DNA of 63,738 nt, filler included, from Octopus bimaculoides (lineage: Eukaryota): assembly GCF_001194135.2 (NCBI RefSeq). It is 8 parts of 8 records of this genome, joined end to end, with 100 filler letters (N's around TTAATTAATTAA, not from the genome) between each part and the next. Parts side by side here need not be neighbours in the genome. Positions count along the whole stretch, not along the records: positions 62,602 to 63,738 come from NW_026350874.1; 7 more parts are not named here. One strand, 5' to 3'. The position numbers and the translations under genes are program-made. Each line of letters opens with the position of its first letter. The stretch's first letter is position 1. The notes under the pieces are model-generated. The model saw only the letters and a list, made by a program, of their open reading frames with translations, ran no database searches and was not told the origin of the DNA. Positions 63,601 to 63,738 of the stretch are shown piece after piece.

Positions 63601-63738
63601 TATGCCACATTGAGTTATATTTTTGTGAATGATTATGTTTACTTGCACGTGTATGCGTTTGAGACAGCGAGAGAGGAAGATGGGGAGAACGGGAGCAATG
63701 TGTATGTTGTTGTCACAGGTCACGTATGTGTGGTTGTG

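Overview
Eukaryotic, AT-rich, repeat-saturated genomic DNA from a gapped draft assembly. The repeat families look cephalopod (Octopus-like); that is recognition from memory, not a search result. I found no confident host protein-coding gene, no rRNA or tRNA gene and no CRISPR array. Nearly all ORFs in the track are translations of microsatellites or N-runs. The window holds: three tRNA-headed SINE families (my labels A, B, E); decayed non-LTR retrotransposons of four kinds (Tx1/L1-like, R4/Dong-like REL elements, RTE with a PHD-like insert, a Penelope GIY-YIG remnant); Tc1/mariner fossils (mariner and DD37D); piggyBac-like and Helitron/Helentron-like MITEs; many micro- and minisatellites; and seven artificial TTAATTAATTAA gap linkers. 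Most notable: (1) a covarying 3'-terminal stem-loop shared by Tx1-like LINEs and SINE-B; (2) a telomere-repeat foldback element whose removal restores an ORF1-N-terminus/ORF2-C-terminus fusion frame in an internally deleted Tx1 element; (3) a chimeric 5.7-kb Tx1 LINE with a diverged duplicated ORF1/endonuclease block; (4) tandem R4/Dong copies in TAA repeats; (5) a near-perfect 92-nt hairpin; (6) a CpG-depleted domain at about 32-45 kb that may mark an unseen methylated gene body.
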